The notes: generated by a model not told the origin, from the letters alone. A stretch of 64,000 bases of DNA from Dehalococcoidia bacterium (GCA_965262725.1 OZ253555.1:1472001-1536000); one strand, 5' to 3'. Shown: positions 12,537 through 25,469, numbered from the stretch's first letter. Program-made: numbers and translations.

Positions 12537-13642
12537 TCCCGCCGCCTGACGCTCGCGACCAGGGTCTGCGCGCGATCAAGCACACTCAGGATCCGCATCA
12601 CGGTCTCAGACTTACTCGTCGCGACCTGTGTCGCGGTGGGTCACGCGTATCTCACCTGACATGATGCGCGGTAGCACCAAGTCCCGACCACCGGCCAACG
12701 TGCGCGAGAGTTCCGAACTCGAATCTGACGATGCATAGAGGGGATCGGCTAGGTTCGCGAAACCAAGGAGTACAGACTCAGGTGGGACCACCACTGGTTG
12801 TGTCTTGAGATCCCGCTGGGTTATCAGTGGCTGAGTTGAACCGCGGTTCAAGTTAGACAGGTCCATTTCGCGGACGACTCCAAAGAGCCAGGCGAACTCG
12901 GGGTTGCCTCTGGGAATGATGACTAGCGTGTTATCTGACGGCCACACAGGGAAGTTGACACGGTGTACGACCCCGAGAGTGCCGACGCGTCCCGTGATTA
13001 TGATGGGGAAGTCAAAGCGCGCGTCCGTGGTGTACGCCATTGCTCCCGCGCCCCCGAAGACAGGGACGTCGGCCTCGACCCCAGGGCACGAATGCCGTTG
13101 CTCCGGTCGCTTCCCACTGAAGATGTCAGCCACGTCGCCCAGCGTTTTCGCCTCCCACCCCGCCGGTATCTCCCCCAGCTCTGATGTCTCGAACGATGCG
13201 GGGAACAGCGCGTCGAGGTTGGGAAGGAGGCCCGAGGACCGACCCTCGGCCTTCGCGCGCACTGGGTCGAAGTCCACGAACCACGACCGAAACAGCGACC
13301 GCGCCATCTCTTCGAGGGTCTCGCTCATGCGCCGGTTCATCTCGATCCGGTCGTCGAGCGCGCCGAGCACGCGCGCGATGGCGCGCTGCTCGGCGAGGGG
13401 CGGGAGGGGGAGTTCGACGAGGCCGATGTCCGCCTTCCTCAGTCCGAATCGGGTCACACCGTTCGCGTATGCGTGAAACTGCTGCTGTACTCCTCGTGTC
13501 TTGAGCGTATAGAAGAGATATGTGCCGTCGATCTCCCGCTTGGCGCGGAGGATCGCGAGATGGTAGCCACACAGGAGGTTCGGGAGATTCTCCCGTACCA
13601 GTGCTGGAACCCCTATGTCGTCATGCGCCTCCGAGTCCTTAG

Positions 13643-14843
13643 GGCAAGTCTGGACAAGTGGGTCTGGCGGCGCAAAACGGGCGCGAGGAGCGCTTCTCGC
13701 GGGCGGGTTCGATGAAGTGAGCCATGTTCGGCCCTCTCAGGGCCCCTGCGGCTTCCCGTCCTCGCCTCTCTGGGGCGAGGTGGGCACACTCCACCCACGG
13801 TCAGGCACAGTGCGGCTTTGCGGTGAGCAGATTATGGACCCCCAGCAAGACCGCACACCGCTCGTGGTTCTTGAAGAGGCCCCGGTACCGCACCTTGGCG
13901 TAGTCGAAGCGCCGCTTCACCGTATAGAACGGGTGCTCCACCAGCGCCCGCGCCGACGCCTTCCGTTTCTCCTCGACGGCCTCAGGACTCTCCGGGTCGA
14001 GCTGACGCCGTAGGCCCGGGCGCATCGCCACGTTCCAGTTGTCGACCCCCGAGTCCGCGTTCTCGGGTCGCTTGTCCACGCCCCGGTATCCGGCATCGCC
14101 GTAGACTTCGGCTTCCTCGCCGTGCAGCAGACGGTACGTCTCCGACACGTCCGACACGTTCGCAGGCGTCGTCGTGAAGCTGTGGACCAGGCCCGTGTCC
14201 CTGTCCGCGCCGATGTGCAGCTTCATCCCGAAATACCACTGGTTGCCCTTCTTGGTCTGATGCATCTCGGGGTCCCGCGCCCGCTCGCGATTCTGCGTCG
14301 ACGACGGCGCCGAGATGATGGTCGCGTCCACGATGCTGCCCTCGCTCAGCTTCAATCCCTCGCTCGCAAGGTGCTCGTTGATGAGCTCGAAGATCCTGCT
14401 CCCCAGGGAGTGGCGCTCGAGCAGGTGACGGAATGTGAGGATGGTCGTCTCGTCGGGGATCGGCCCGCGCAGGGTGAGGTGGCAGAAGGCTCGCACCGAC
14501 TCGGCCTCGTGGAGGAGGTCCTCCGTGCCGGGGTCGCTGAGGTTGTAGCAGAGCTGCACGATGTGGATGCGCAGCATCACGGAGAGAGGGTAGGGCCTCC
14601 GCCCGCGGCCGGGTTTCGGGTAGTGGGGCCCGATGGCTGCTTCGAACCTCTCCCACGGGACGAGGCCGTCCAGCCGCTCGAGGAACTTCTGGCGGCGCGT
14701 CGTGTAGCCATCCTGCTCGAACTCGACCCTGGCGAATGTGGGCTGATGCATGGCACGCTCCCATCCCTGTTACGCGTCAGGATCTCACCTGATCAGCAGA
14801 GTGCGCAATACTCTGCTGTCGTGCCAACTTTCCCAGAGCTCCC
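13643..14843 (-). mobile_element. IS5-family element (1201 bp)
   Basis: Imperfect TIRs GGGAGCTCTGGGAAAGT / GGCAAGTCTGGACAAGT; TTAG (CTAA) duplication at 13639-13642 and 14844-14847. Confidence 0.92.
13801..14751 (-). CDS. IS5 transposase
   Basis: PDETTIL.FRHLLE, VDATII.APSST, KKGNQWYFGMKLHIG, DAGYRG and VEHPF. Confidence 0.95.
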   Translation of the reverse strand: MHQPTFARVEFEQDGYTTRRQKFLERLDGLVPWERFEAAIGPHYPKPGRGRRPYPLSVMLRIHIVQLCYNLSDPGTEDLLHEAESVRAFCHLTLRGPIPDETTILTFRHLLERHSLGSRIFELINEHLASEGLKLSEGSIVDATIISAPSSTQNRERARDPEMHQTKKGNQWYFGMKLHIGADRDTGLVHSFTTTPANVSDVSETYRLLHGEEAEVYGDAGYRGVDKRPENADSGVDNWNVAMRPGLRRQLDPESPEAVEEKRKASARALVEHPFYTVKRRFDYAKVRYRGLFKNHERCAVLLGVHNLLTAKPHCA

Positions 14844-15375
14844 TTAGTGATGATCACATCGCCCTCGTAGAGAGAGCACCTGCTGATCTCGCGATCGGTA
14901 GCGGTCGCGGGCATGAAGGCCATGTCCGCATAGATGAAGTCGTAGTTATACACGTCCGTGTAGTTGCAGAGCAGAACCGGACGCTCGCCGGCCTTCGACT
15001 TCTTGTCGACACTGCTGAGCGTGAGTTCCACGACCTCGCCGAGAGCCACCGCCGGCCACTCAGCGTCCCGTGGAGCTTCCTGCATCACTACGCAGTCCGA
15101 CTCGATCGCCTCACGGAAGCCGTCCGCGATGGAGTGCCAGTCGACCACGTCCACCCGCATGGGCAGCCGGGACTCTTCGAAGGCCTCCTTGAGCCGAGCG
15201 AGAGCCCCGCGTGGTAGCGGCCCCTCACCGACGACGGCCAGGTCGAGGTCCGAGTAGTCCTTCGCGTTCCAGATCGCCCGGGATCCGAATGCTCGCACCT
15301 CGCACGCCGGCACATGCTCGGCCAGGATGCGCGCGACGATCGCCAGATCGGGGGGGCTGAGGTCAACCGAGACCT

Positions 15376-15795
15376 TCACTCCCACGCCTCTCCGGTAAGA
15401 GCCCCGTGGAGCTGGACGGCGTCCGACACGAACTCCGGCATGACCGCGATGGCATTCGCCGCCTTCGCCCTGTCGTAGTCATGGGTCGTGTCGATCCGTG
15501 TCTGGATGTAGCGCTCCCACTGCCGACCCCCGGCCGCCAGGAGACCGTTCTCGTCAGCCATCCGGAAGACAGGCCTAGGGCTGTTGGGAACCTCGACGAT
15601 GCCGAGCGACTCGACCAGATGGCGCCGGAGCACCTTCCACAGCACGTCGTAGCAAGTCTCGAAGCGCTGAATCACCGACTCGGCCATGGCCTCGTGGACG
15701 AACGACGGATAGTCCGGCGACAGATGCAGCAGGTGCGCGTGCTGCATCTCCAGGTTCTTCAGTGACTTCCGGAAGTTTCCGTAGTCGATCGCCAT
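15376..15795 (-). CDS. HEPN-domain protein (HI0074 / nucleotidyltransferase substrate-binding family), putative RNase toxin
   Basis: IQRFETCYDVLWK, SPRPVFR and the RxxxxH motif RIDTTH; overlaps the start of the MNT-HsdS gene. Confidence 0.88.
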   Translation of the reverse strand: MAIDYGNFRKSLKNLEMQHAHLLHLSPDYPSFVHEAMAESVIQRFETCYDVLWKVLRRHLVESLGIVEVPNSPRPVFRMADENGLLAAGGRQWERYIQTRIDTTHDYDRAKAANAIAVMPEFVSDAVQLHGALTGEAWE

Positions 15796-15882
15796 CTTGT
15801 TTGCGCCGCCTCTGGTCCGATCCGCCTCGACCGCCATTCTAGGACCCGGAGCGCGGGGCGGTGATGACGCGGCCCCTCCGTA

Positions 15883-17480
<1,598 letters not shown>

Positions 17481-17484
<4 letters not shown>

Positions 17485-17717
17485 CGCACCTCACCGCCCT
17501 CGGCGCGCCACTTCGCCACCTCATGTCTGGCGCTCTTGCCCCCGGGGCCGTAGCCGTACCTAATCAGGAACTCAGGAACGCCGCCATACTCGATCGAGAT
17601 GACGGCGGACTCAGCGGTCTTGTCGTGGCCGGGCAGGAAGAAGGAGCCGATCGTCGTCTCGGCACCGCAACCGCACCAACACTCACCAGTCGGCAGCAGG
17701 CGTTCTGATGAGGCCAC
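17481..17717 (-). CDS. small Cys-motif protein (CWCGCG...FLPGHD)
   Basis: 78-aa ORF with RBS GGAGGAG; its stop overlaps the hsdM start (ATGA). Confidence 0.65.
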
Positions 17718-18171
17718 TCGGGTTGTCTCCTCCGGGAAAGGTCTGCCTCAGCAGTCTTGGACGATGCCCAAGGATATGCTTCTGGATCAGGGTCGTCCAA
17801 GGCAGCGAGCGATCGTGTGCGGGCCGGTCGCGGTCGTCGTCGAGGTCGCGGCGCAGCGCCTGATGAGCACGCTTGAAGCCAGCCGTGAAGCATCCCTCGG
17901 CCGTCAACACCCGATGGGCGGCTCACTCCCGGCAACGGGAAACCTGACCGCCCACGCCGCAGTCCGACGCGTCCCGCCCCATGGCGGATCGATGCTCGGC
18001 GCACCGCCGCGGAGCTTGCTCGCATGTCGGTCGATGTGATCAGCTGCGCTCAAGAAGACGCGAACGACGCACCGCCGCGGCGCGCCCCCCGGCAGGTGGC
18101 GAGATTCTCGCCACCCCCCTCGACGGCCTGCTAGCATCAGCGCCTGCTCGACATCCCCCCGGGAGGCGGCG

Positions 18172-20030
18172 ATGGTTCTCTGGGCGATCATTCCCGGCCG
18201 GGGCGGGGAGTACGAGGCGGACTTCCTCGAACACCAGCACGTCGGGGTCGGCTACGGGTACGAGCAGGATCTCCGGGCGGTCGCGTCCAGGGACGAGCTG
18301 AGGGACGAACACGACGAGGGCCCCGACTCGCTCTGGCGCTTCTACGCGGAGCTGGAGACGGGTGCGCTGGTGGCGGTGCCGTTCACCGGGTCGCGAGTCT
18401 ACGTGGGCGAAATCACCGGGGACTACGAGTTCCGGCGGGATGTCGCCCCCTACCACATCCGCACCGTGCAGTGGTGGGCGGAGGACATACCGGACGGCGA
18501 GCTCGACAGCGACCTCTTCCATTCAATCAGGAGCGAGCAGGCCGTGCACCGCGTGCAGGTGCCCGGCGCGGAGCAGCGAGTGCGCAGGCTGGCGTGGGGC
18601 CGGATCGACTCCTGGCTCGAGCGGGCACAGGCGTTCACCGGGTCCGGGAAGCTGGACGCCGACGAGATGGCGTACAAGCGCGAGATCATCGCGGCCCTCC
18701 GCCGGGCGCGCGACGCCGTGATCTCAGGCGACGGCGACTGGCCCGCGCTGATCAGGACGGCGATAGGCGTCCCCGGAAGTCCCATGGACTGGCGCGCCGG
18801 GCAGCCGCTCTACGCCTGGTTTGCGTCCGAGCCCGCGAGCGCGCGTGCCGCGATGCGTGCCTTCTGGGCGAATGACGAGACGCCGCTCGGGGAGCGTATC
18901 CGCGCCCTCGTCCGCCGCATCCCCGAGACCGGCGGGTTCACGAAGTCGCAGGTAGGGACGACGCTCCGGCCGGTTGCGGCCCTGCTGATGGCGCTGGGGC
19001 CCGAGTTCCCGCCCTTCGCGAGATACTCGTTCGACGAGGCCTACAAGCTCACGCGCTATCCGCGCTCGCGCGCGGGCGCGGACCAGGGGGCGATGTACGA
19101 GCACGCGCTGGGCTTCCTCGACCGGCTCGTCGAGCGCGCTGGCGAGCTGGGCTACGAACGTCCTGCGGACCGCCTTGAGGCGCAATCAATCGTGTGGATG
19201 ATGCGCGACGATCAGGGGGAGGAGGACGAACGCCGACCAACGCCTCCGGGCACGCGCGCGGAACCCGTATGCGATCTGGATGCGCTGGCGGGCGAACTCC
19301 TGCTGCCTGCCGCCTTCCTGCGGACGATCGAGCGATTGCTGGCCGACGCGCGCAAGCCGCAGGTCATCTTTCAGGGACCACCGGGGACGGGAAAGACCTA
19401 CGTCGCGCGGAAGCTGGCGGAGTGCCTGGCCGGCGCGCCGGATCGCGTGCGGCTCGTCCAGTTTCACCCCTCGTATGCCTATGAGGACTTCGTGCAGGGC
19501 TACCGGCCGGTAGTCGACGCGGAGGGCCGCGCGGGCTTCCGCCTGCGGGACGGGCCGCTGGTGCAAATGGCGAAGCGCGCGCTGGCCGACCATGCGCACG
19601 GCCTCACGACGAAGTACTTCCTGGTCGTCGACGAGATCAACCGAGGGAACCTCGCCAAGGTGCTGGGCGAGCTCTACTTCCTGCTTGAGTACCGGAACGA
19701 GACAATCGAACTTCAGTACTCCGCCGAGCCCTTCGCGCTGCCTCCGAACCTACACATCATCGGCACGATGAACACCGCCGACCGTTCGATCGCGCTGGTC
19801 GATCTCGCACTTCGCCGCCGCTTCCACTTCGTCGAGTTCCATCTCGACAGGAAGCCCGTCAAGGGCCTGCTGAGGAGGTGGCTCGAGGCGAACGCGGGCG
19901 GCATGGAGTGGGTCGCCGACGTCGTCGACCTCGCCAACGAGAAGCTCGCGAACAGGGACGCCGCCATCGGCCCGAGCTACTTCATGCGGGAGGGGATCGA
20001 TGAGGAGCAGGTCAGACTCGTCTGGAAGCA
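18172..20030 (+). pseudogene. mcrB: McrB-family AAA+ GTPase with a putative modified-DNA reader N-terminal domain; C-terminus truncated
   Basis: GPPGTGKT, VQFHPSYAYEDF, DEINRGN, GTMNTADRS, LRRRF and IGPSYF. It breaks off after VWKH, before the usual terminal helix. Confidence 0.85.
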
Positions 20031-20827
20031 TGACGCTCCGGCGGCGATTCGACATCCCCCTGCCAGTCGACGTGCGCTACGACGACTTCACGGACGACAT
20101 CACCGCCAACCGGCTGGTGAAGGCAGCATGCGCGCGTCTCGGGGGGATGCGCATCGGGGACCGCCGGTCACGTGAGGGCCTTCGCCGCGTCGAGGCGACG
20201 CTCGCGAACGTCGCCCTGGTGCCGTTCAGTCCGCGCGACGTACCGGCCGTCGCGTTCGACCGGCTGAACGAGCACTACCGCGAGGTCGTGGACCTGTCGC
20301 GGCTCATCCTGCGCCACTGGACCCTCGAGGCGGTGCGCGGAGATGTGCGAGCATCCGGCTTCCTCATGGACATGAATGTCGTCTTTCAGCAGTTCGTGAC
20401 GCGTGCGCTGCGGAGCGAGCTCCGCCTCTCGGAGCGAGCGTTCCGCTCGGACAGCCGCGCCGCCGGGACGTTCGACACGACGGGGCGAAGGCAGATTAAG
20501 CCCGACTTCTCTTGGTGGCTGGGTGCGCAATGCGTGTTCGCCGGGGATGCAAAGTACAAGCGGGCGGATGACGGGCGCGTCCCCAGCGCCGACCTGTACC
20601 AAGCGCTCGCCTATGCGACCGCGCTCAATATCCCCGGCGCATTGCTGGCCTACGCCGAGGGCGCGCCCGAGGTGTACGACGTGCGCCACTCCAGCAAGCG
20701 GCTGGAGGTGGCAACGGTGAGCCTCGCCGGGACGATCGATGACCTGCGAGCCTCCATCGTGGGGCTCGCGGAGCGCGTCCGCCGCTTGCGTGCCAAAACG
20801 CTGCGTCAGCGGCGCCGCGCAGCTTAG
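20030..20827 (+). pseudogene. mcrC: McrC-family nuclease, N-terminally truncated
   Basis: RYDDFTDDITANRL, DMNVVFQQFV, KPD, DAKYK and DLYQALAY; it starts mid-domain. Confidence 0.85.
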
Positions 20828-20859
20828 CGAGAAGCCCTCCGGGTTGTTCTGCAGCACTC

Positions 20860-21858
20860 ATGGGGTGTCGTGCCAGGAGCACTGATCCATTAGGCCGTCG
20901 CAGGAACCAACCCGCCGGGTCGCACGAGCAGCGCGAAGCGGGAGAGGAACTGAGACACGATGGCCTTGTACCTGGGCGGAGGTACTGGAGCTGCCACGGA
21001 CCTGAGGACTGGCACCGGGCCATCGCCGCGGAAGGGGGTGAGCTGGTGTGGGAGGACCCGCTCGCCGAGCTGCCTCGTCGGAGTAATAGCGCGGATTGGG
21101 ACGCAAGCCTGGGCGGAGTGAGCCCAGACGGCCAGACGCTGGTGGCGCATGTCTGCGAGCGAGGAGTCTGTTGGGAGTTCGATCGCCCGCCGAGCGAGGA
21201 TGCAGTAGAGGGGCTCTGGGCTTCTGTCGACGGGGGCGAGACGTGGGAGAGGTGGGGCGACTTCCCGAAGGGGCTGGTGCGGGAGTGGGTCTCGGTCGTG
21301 ACGGAGGAGGATGTCGTTGTCTTCTCGCCCTCGGACGCAACTGACGCGTACCGGGCGTGGTGGTTCCGCTCGGGGGAGGACATGGCGCCGCCGGAGGGCA
21401 TCGACCACCCGCGCATCCTGGGGTGGCGCACCGGCGGAGACGCCCCCGAGCCCATCTGGGAGGATGGCGACGGCACCGTCGCTGTCTCTGCCTCCGGTGA
21501 TGATCTTCCCAGGCCTCCCGGCTATTCGTTCGCGATCCCCCTTCCCGACGGCTCGATGCTGTGGAGCGAGGTCACATTGCGCCATGGGAACCGGGAGAGG
21601 CCGGGGGCGCGAGACCTCGTCCTTTACCTGAGCGACCAGGGCGAAACCGTGTGGGCGTATTCGTGGGACGGGCCGCGCTCGCTTGTGCTGATCGGCCACG
21701 TGGAAGGGCAGCTCTTTGCGGGATTCCTCGGAACCTGGTCATGCGGGGACGGAGTGGACGCGGTCCTGGTGGACCTGGGGTCGCGCTCTCTCCATACCCT
21801 CCTCGGGATCGAGGGGGGCACCGTTGTTCCCTTCGCGGCGCGGCCGGCACCCGACTAG
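20860..21858 (+). CDS. hypothetical protein with a BNR/Asp-box-like motif (possibly 5'-truncated)
   Basis: WASVDGGETW (SxDGGxTW). Confidence 0.5.
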   Translation: MGCRARSTDPLGRRRNQPAGSHEQREAGEELRHDGLVPGRRYWSCHGPEDWHRAIAAEGGELVWEDPLAELPRRSNSADWDASLGGVSPDGQTLVAHVCERGVCWEFDRPPSEDAVEGLWASVDGGETWERWGDFPKGLVREWVSVVTEEDVVVFSPSDATDAYRAWWFRSGEDMAPPEGIDHPRILGWRTGGDAPEPIWEDGDGTVAVSASGDDLPRPPGYSFAIPLPDGSMLWSEVTLRHGNRERPGARDLVLYLSDQGETVWAYSWDGPRSLVLIGHVEGQLFAGFLGTWSCGDGVDAVLVDLGSRSLHTLLGIEGGTVVPFAARPAPD

Positions 21859-21921
21859 CCTCCCGCGTTGACTCCTGCTGCCCGCGCGCGCCCTGCGCGT
21901 GACGCGTGCCTCCGGGCTTGC

Positions 21922-22160
21922 TCATCCCTCGAGGCGCACGCCGTCGGAATGCCAGCGGAGGTCGTCGCCGTGCGCGCAGCCATCGACGCCGTCGTCGGTG
22001 CGGATGTGCATCCAGCCGCGGGAGATGCCGTCGGGCTCGGCGACCGTGCGGTTCGGCAGGCACGCCACGATCGGCGCGGCGACCGAGTCGCCCTTCGCAC
22101 ACGGTCAGGCACGTGTCGACGGCGACCTCGACCGGCAGGCGATCGTCGAACCGCGCTGAC
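21922..22160 (-). pseudogene. frameshifted SH3b-like C-terminal remnant
   Basis: DTCLTVCEG / APIVACLPNRTVA...GWMHIRTDDGVDGCAHGDDLRW, split over two frames. Confidence 0.45.
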
Positions 22161-22393
22161 GCTCCCCGTCTCGATCTCGGCACCTGCGAGTGGACAATTT
22201 ACCAGCTGCGCGCTGATCCCCCCAAATCGGGATCGTATCGGTCCCCCGAAGATCTGGGAGGACTCGCCCCGGAGTGTCAGTCGGGAGCGACCGCCCGGGG
22301 CAACCGACCTTCGTCGCGCAACCGCATTCCGGGACCTCTGGTGGTCGCGCTCGCCGCACGCGGCGTCGACATCCTGAGTGCGAGCGCGCCGCG

Positions 22394-24925
22394 CTACGCC
22401 TCCTCGAGGTCCTCGGTGAGGGCGGACGCGAGCTGCTCGCCCCCGGACTGGGAGCGGACCCCGTCGACGAGATCGAGGTCGCCGAGGCGCCGGATCGCCC
22501 GCACGAGCGGGGCGACTCGCTTGCCCGTGGGGGAGGAGAAGAGGCGCTCGATGATCTCCTTTCCGTCACGCGAGGGCCTCCCGGAGGCACCCAGCACGGC
22601 CCGCTCCCTGGGCGTGGACCACCTCAGGACCTCGTAGAGCCAGTCCCCGAGGGCCGCGTCGTCGCCCGCTGCACCGGCGAGACCGACGTACTCGAGCGCC
22701 GGCCCCTCACGGGCCAGAGCCGCTCGCTCCGCGGTCGAGCCACCCTCCGCTGCGCGCAAGATTCCCAGCAGGCTCCGCGACTCCTCGGCGCTCGTCTGCA
22801 GTGCCCTCCCCCGCGACGGCGCGTACTCGGTCAGCCGCCCCGCGGCGGCCGCCGCAAGCGGCTCCCATGTGATATCCGGGTCCGCGCGTGAGAGCACCTC
22901 GAGCGCGCGCAGGGTCTCCCCCGGCTCCTCCGCCACGCGCTTCGCGAGCGCCTCCTCGAACGTCGGCCGGTCCGCCGGCTCGACCGAGAGCCTCGCAGCG
23001 CAGTCCTCCCAGCCCGGCAGCGCGGCGTAGGCTGCGAGGGCGTCGCAAACTCGCTCCGCGTCGCCGGACGCCCGCACCGTCAGCCACTCGAACCGGCGCA
23101 GGAGCGCGTGCGCTCCCTCGGCCCAGCCCGCACCGCCGCCTGCGTCGATAGCGACGGCCGTCGCCCTCGCCGCGATCGCCTCCGCGTCGGCCCGGCCGAC
23201 GAGCGAGAACAGATCCGCGAGGCGCGCGGCCACCGAGGGAGTCAGCGGCGGCCACACCTCGGCCTCGCGCCCGCCCCGGGCGAGCAGCTCGGTGACGTCT
23301 CGCCATTCGTCGTCGGGGCGGAGCTCCTCCGGGATCTCCGCAAGGCGGCTCGCGGCGAGCAGAAGGGTGGGCGGCGACGACGAGGGCACCCGCATGAACC
23401 CGGACCCGGCGAGCGCTTCCCAGAACCCCGTCCGGCCGGCGAGCTCCACGAGCCCGTCCGCCTCCTCCCGCATCAGGGAATTGTCGATGAGGGGTCCGTA
23501 GAGCAGCTGCAGCGCGCGCTCCGGAGGAGCACCGAATGCGATGGCCGCGAGATGCGCCTCGACGCGCGCATCGAGGAGAGGAGCGACGCCGGGCAGAATC
23601 GGATCCTCCCGGCGCAGGTCGGCGGCCACCTCGGGGCCCTGCTTCCGCTGGCTCGCGTAGTACGCGAGGCTCGCGATCGGGAGGTCGTGCTGCCAGCGCC
23701 GGTGCAGCGCGCCGATGCCGTTGACGTAGAGCTTCAGCTCTCGGGGACTCGGCGCCCGATCGCCTCCCGCAAGCTGGTGCTGGTAGAGGCGGTAGAGAGC
23801 GTAGTGGTCGGTGTCGTGCTCCGGGAGTGCGCGGCGCAGCAGCGAGGCGAGGTACTCGCGCCAGTCGCTGAGCAGCAGCAGCGGCACCTCGAAGTGCACC
23901 TGGATGCTCTTGTCGAGGAAGGACTCCGCCAGCGTGCGCGGCGGTGATCCTCCCACCTCGGGGCGGGCGACCAGGCCGTCCCACAGGCGGTCGATAGCGC
24001 CCTTGTCGTACGGCAGCAGCACCCAGAGCGAGTCGAGCCAGGGCGGGCGCGGATCGCTAGTGTGGTGCAGGAACGTCTGTAGCGTCGCCCACACCGCGCG
24101 TGCGTCCTCGGGAGCCACGCGGTCGAGGTTGTCGACGACGAGGACGAGACGTCTCGTGGGATGACCATCGAGCGCGGCGCACATGAGGTCGCCGAACTCG
24201 CGCTCGAACTCGACGGATGTCGGGTCCGGCGTCTCGACCGTCTCGCGGTCGGACTGCGTGACCGACTGCACCGAGAACAGCTCGAGCCACCGGGCGGCGG
24301 AGTCGTCCCGCCGGAGGCAGTGGGCAAGCCCCGCTACGGCGAGCGCGAAGACCGCCAGCCCGCCGAGGATCCCGGCACCCGAGCGCCAGGTGGCGGGATC
24401 GCCCGAAGAGAGCCCCGCGTTCAGCAGCGCGACGCCCGACGGCACCAGGACAGCGAAGAGGACGCCTGCCACGATGCCCGCCGGCGTGATCCTGGGCCGC
24501 GTGTGCTCGACGCGGTCCCTCCTGGAGAGGCTCTCACGCCGTTCGCGCCACTTCTTGCCGTCGACCCACTCCTTCTCACCGAGCAGGATGTCGATGAGCG
24601 TCTCGAGAAAGGAGCGGCGCAGGGGATCGCCCTCGTGCGCCCAGGCGTCGAAGACCGCGACGCGCTCGTCCTGGCCGCTCATGCGCTCGGCGAGGAGCCG
24701 GACGACCGTGGACTTCCCGGAACCCCAGCGGCCCTCGAGCCCGATCGTGCGCCCGCCGTCCTCACGGGTGATCAGCTCATGGATGGCGGCGGCGATCGGC
24801 TCGTGCGATCCGAACTGGTCCTCGTCGACCGGCGCATCGTCGAGCGTCCACGTGGGGCACGACGCACCCGGACGCGCATCGTCAGCGATGGCGGGGCTCC
24901 TGTCGGGCGGGGAGAGGCCGGCCAT
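22394..24925 (-). CDS. KAP-family P-loop NTPase with two transmembrane helices
   Basis: IGLEGRWGSGKST, FDAWAHEGDPLRRSFL, two hydrophobic segments, LVLVVDNLDRV, FLDKSIQVHF and SPRELKLYVN; start uncertain. Confidence 0.9.
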   Translation of the reverse strand: MAGLSPPDRSPAIADDARPGASCPTWTLDDAPVDEDQFGSHEPIAAAIHELITREDGGRTIGLEGRWGSGKSTVVRLLAERMSGQDERVAVFDAWAHEGDPLRRSFLETLIDILLGEKEWVDGKKWRERRESLSRRDRVEHTRPRITPAGIVAGVLFAVLVPSGVALLNAGLSSGDPATWRSGAGILGGLAVFALAVAGLAHCLRRDDSAARWLELFSVQSVTQSDRETVETPDPTSVEFEREFGDLMCAALDGHPTRRLVLVVDNLDRVAPEDARAVWATLQTFLHHTSDPRPPWLDSLWVLLPYDKGAIDRLWDGLVARPEVGGSPPRTLAESFLDKSIQVHFEVPLLLLSDWREYLASLLRRALPEHDTDHYALYRLYQHQLAGGDRAPSPRELKLYVNGIGALHRRWQHDLPIASLAYYASQRKQGPEVAADLRREDPILPGVAPLLDARVEAHLAAIAFGAPPERALQLLYGPLIDNSLMREEADGLVELAGRTGFWEALAGSGFMRVPSSSPPTLLLAASRLAEIPEELRPDDEWRDVTELLARGGREAEVWPPLTPSVAARLADLFSLVGRADAEAIAARATAVAIDAGGGAGWAEGAHALLRRFEWLTVRASGDAERVCDALAAYAALPGWEDCAARLSVEPADRPTFEEALAKRVAEEPGETLRALEVLSRADPDITWEPLAAAAAGRLTEYAPSRGRALQTSAEESRSLLGILRAAEGGSTAERAALAREGPALEYVGLAGAAGDDAALGDWLYEVLRWSTPRERAVLGASGRPSRDGKEIIERLFSSPTGKRVAPLVRAIRRLGDLDLVDGVRSQSGGEQLASALTEDLEEA

Positions 24926-25174
24926 CGGCGTGAGAGCGAGATCATACGCCCGGCCGCGCGGGCGGCACACCAAGGGGAGGGCTCCTCCGCGCCTCCCTCG
25001 CCGGTGCGCGTGCGGCAGGGGTGAGCAGCCGGCGCTGCGCCCGGGCGAGCGAGAGGAGGCGGGCGGCCGCGGTCGCCCGCCCGCCGTACACGCCCCGGCG
25101 AGGCGCCGGCTGAGCCGCCCGCTCCGCGGGCCGGGCACCGCGCGTCGGCTGCCCCGCTCACGTCCCGATCCCCC

Positions 25175-25226
25175 GCCCGTGCCGGTGCCCGTGCCGGTGC
25201 CCGTGCCCGTGCCCGTGCCCGTGCCG
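25175..25226. repeat. hexanucleotide tandem repeat (GTGCCS)x~8
   Basis: gcccgtgccggtgcccgtgccggtgcccgtgcccgtgcccgtgcccgtgccg. Confidence 0.9.
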
Positions 25227-25469
25227 CGAAGCCTCAACGGCGCCGGAGGACGTGGCGACCCCGTCCGTCTCAGGGCGTGCGAGGGGAGGGGACGTCACAA
25301 CCGACCGCGCAGCCGGCGCGTCGGCCGGCTAGACCCAAGCCGGCTGCCGGTCCAGGGACGAGCGGCGAACTGCCGCGTCGGGGACGTGCCGGGCCGTGAC
25401 GTCCGTGACGAGATCGAAGAACCACGAGCCAGCTCCCGGTGCGACGATCACTTCCCCGATGAGCAGGCC

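Larger units (their letters stand above)
12612..15385 (-). pseudogene. hsdS: MNT (nucleotidyltransferase)-HsdS fusion, interrupted by IS5
   Basis: N-terminal FGSRA...DYSDLDL (MNT), then TRD1 ...GDVIITK | IS5 | DSEAHDDIG...PPLAEQRAIARVLGALDDRI...TRD2. Removing the IS and one TSD copy restores a 1569-nt frame. Confidence 0.9.

Noticed and set aside
24926-25237. N-terminal extension of the KAP NTPase (947-aa ORF)
   Set aside because: Low-complexity GT repeat and Arg/Gly-rich sequence; more likely non-coding open frame.
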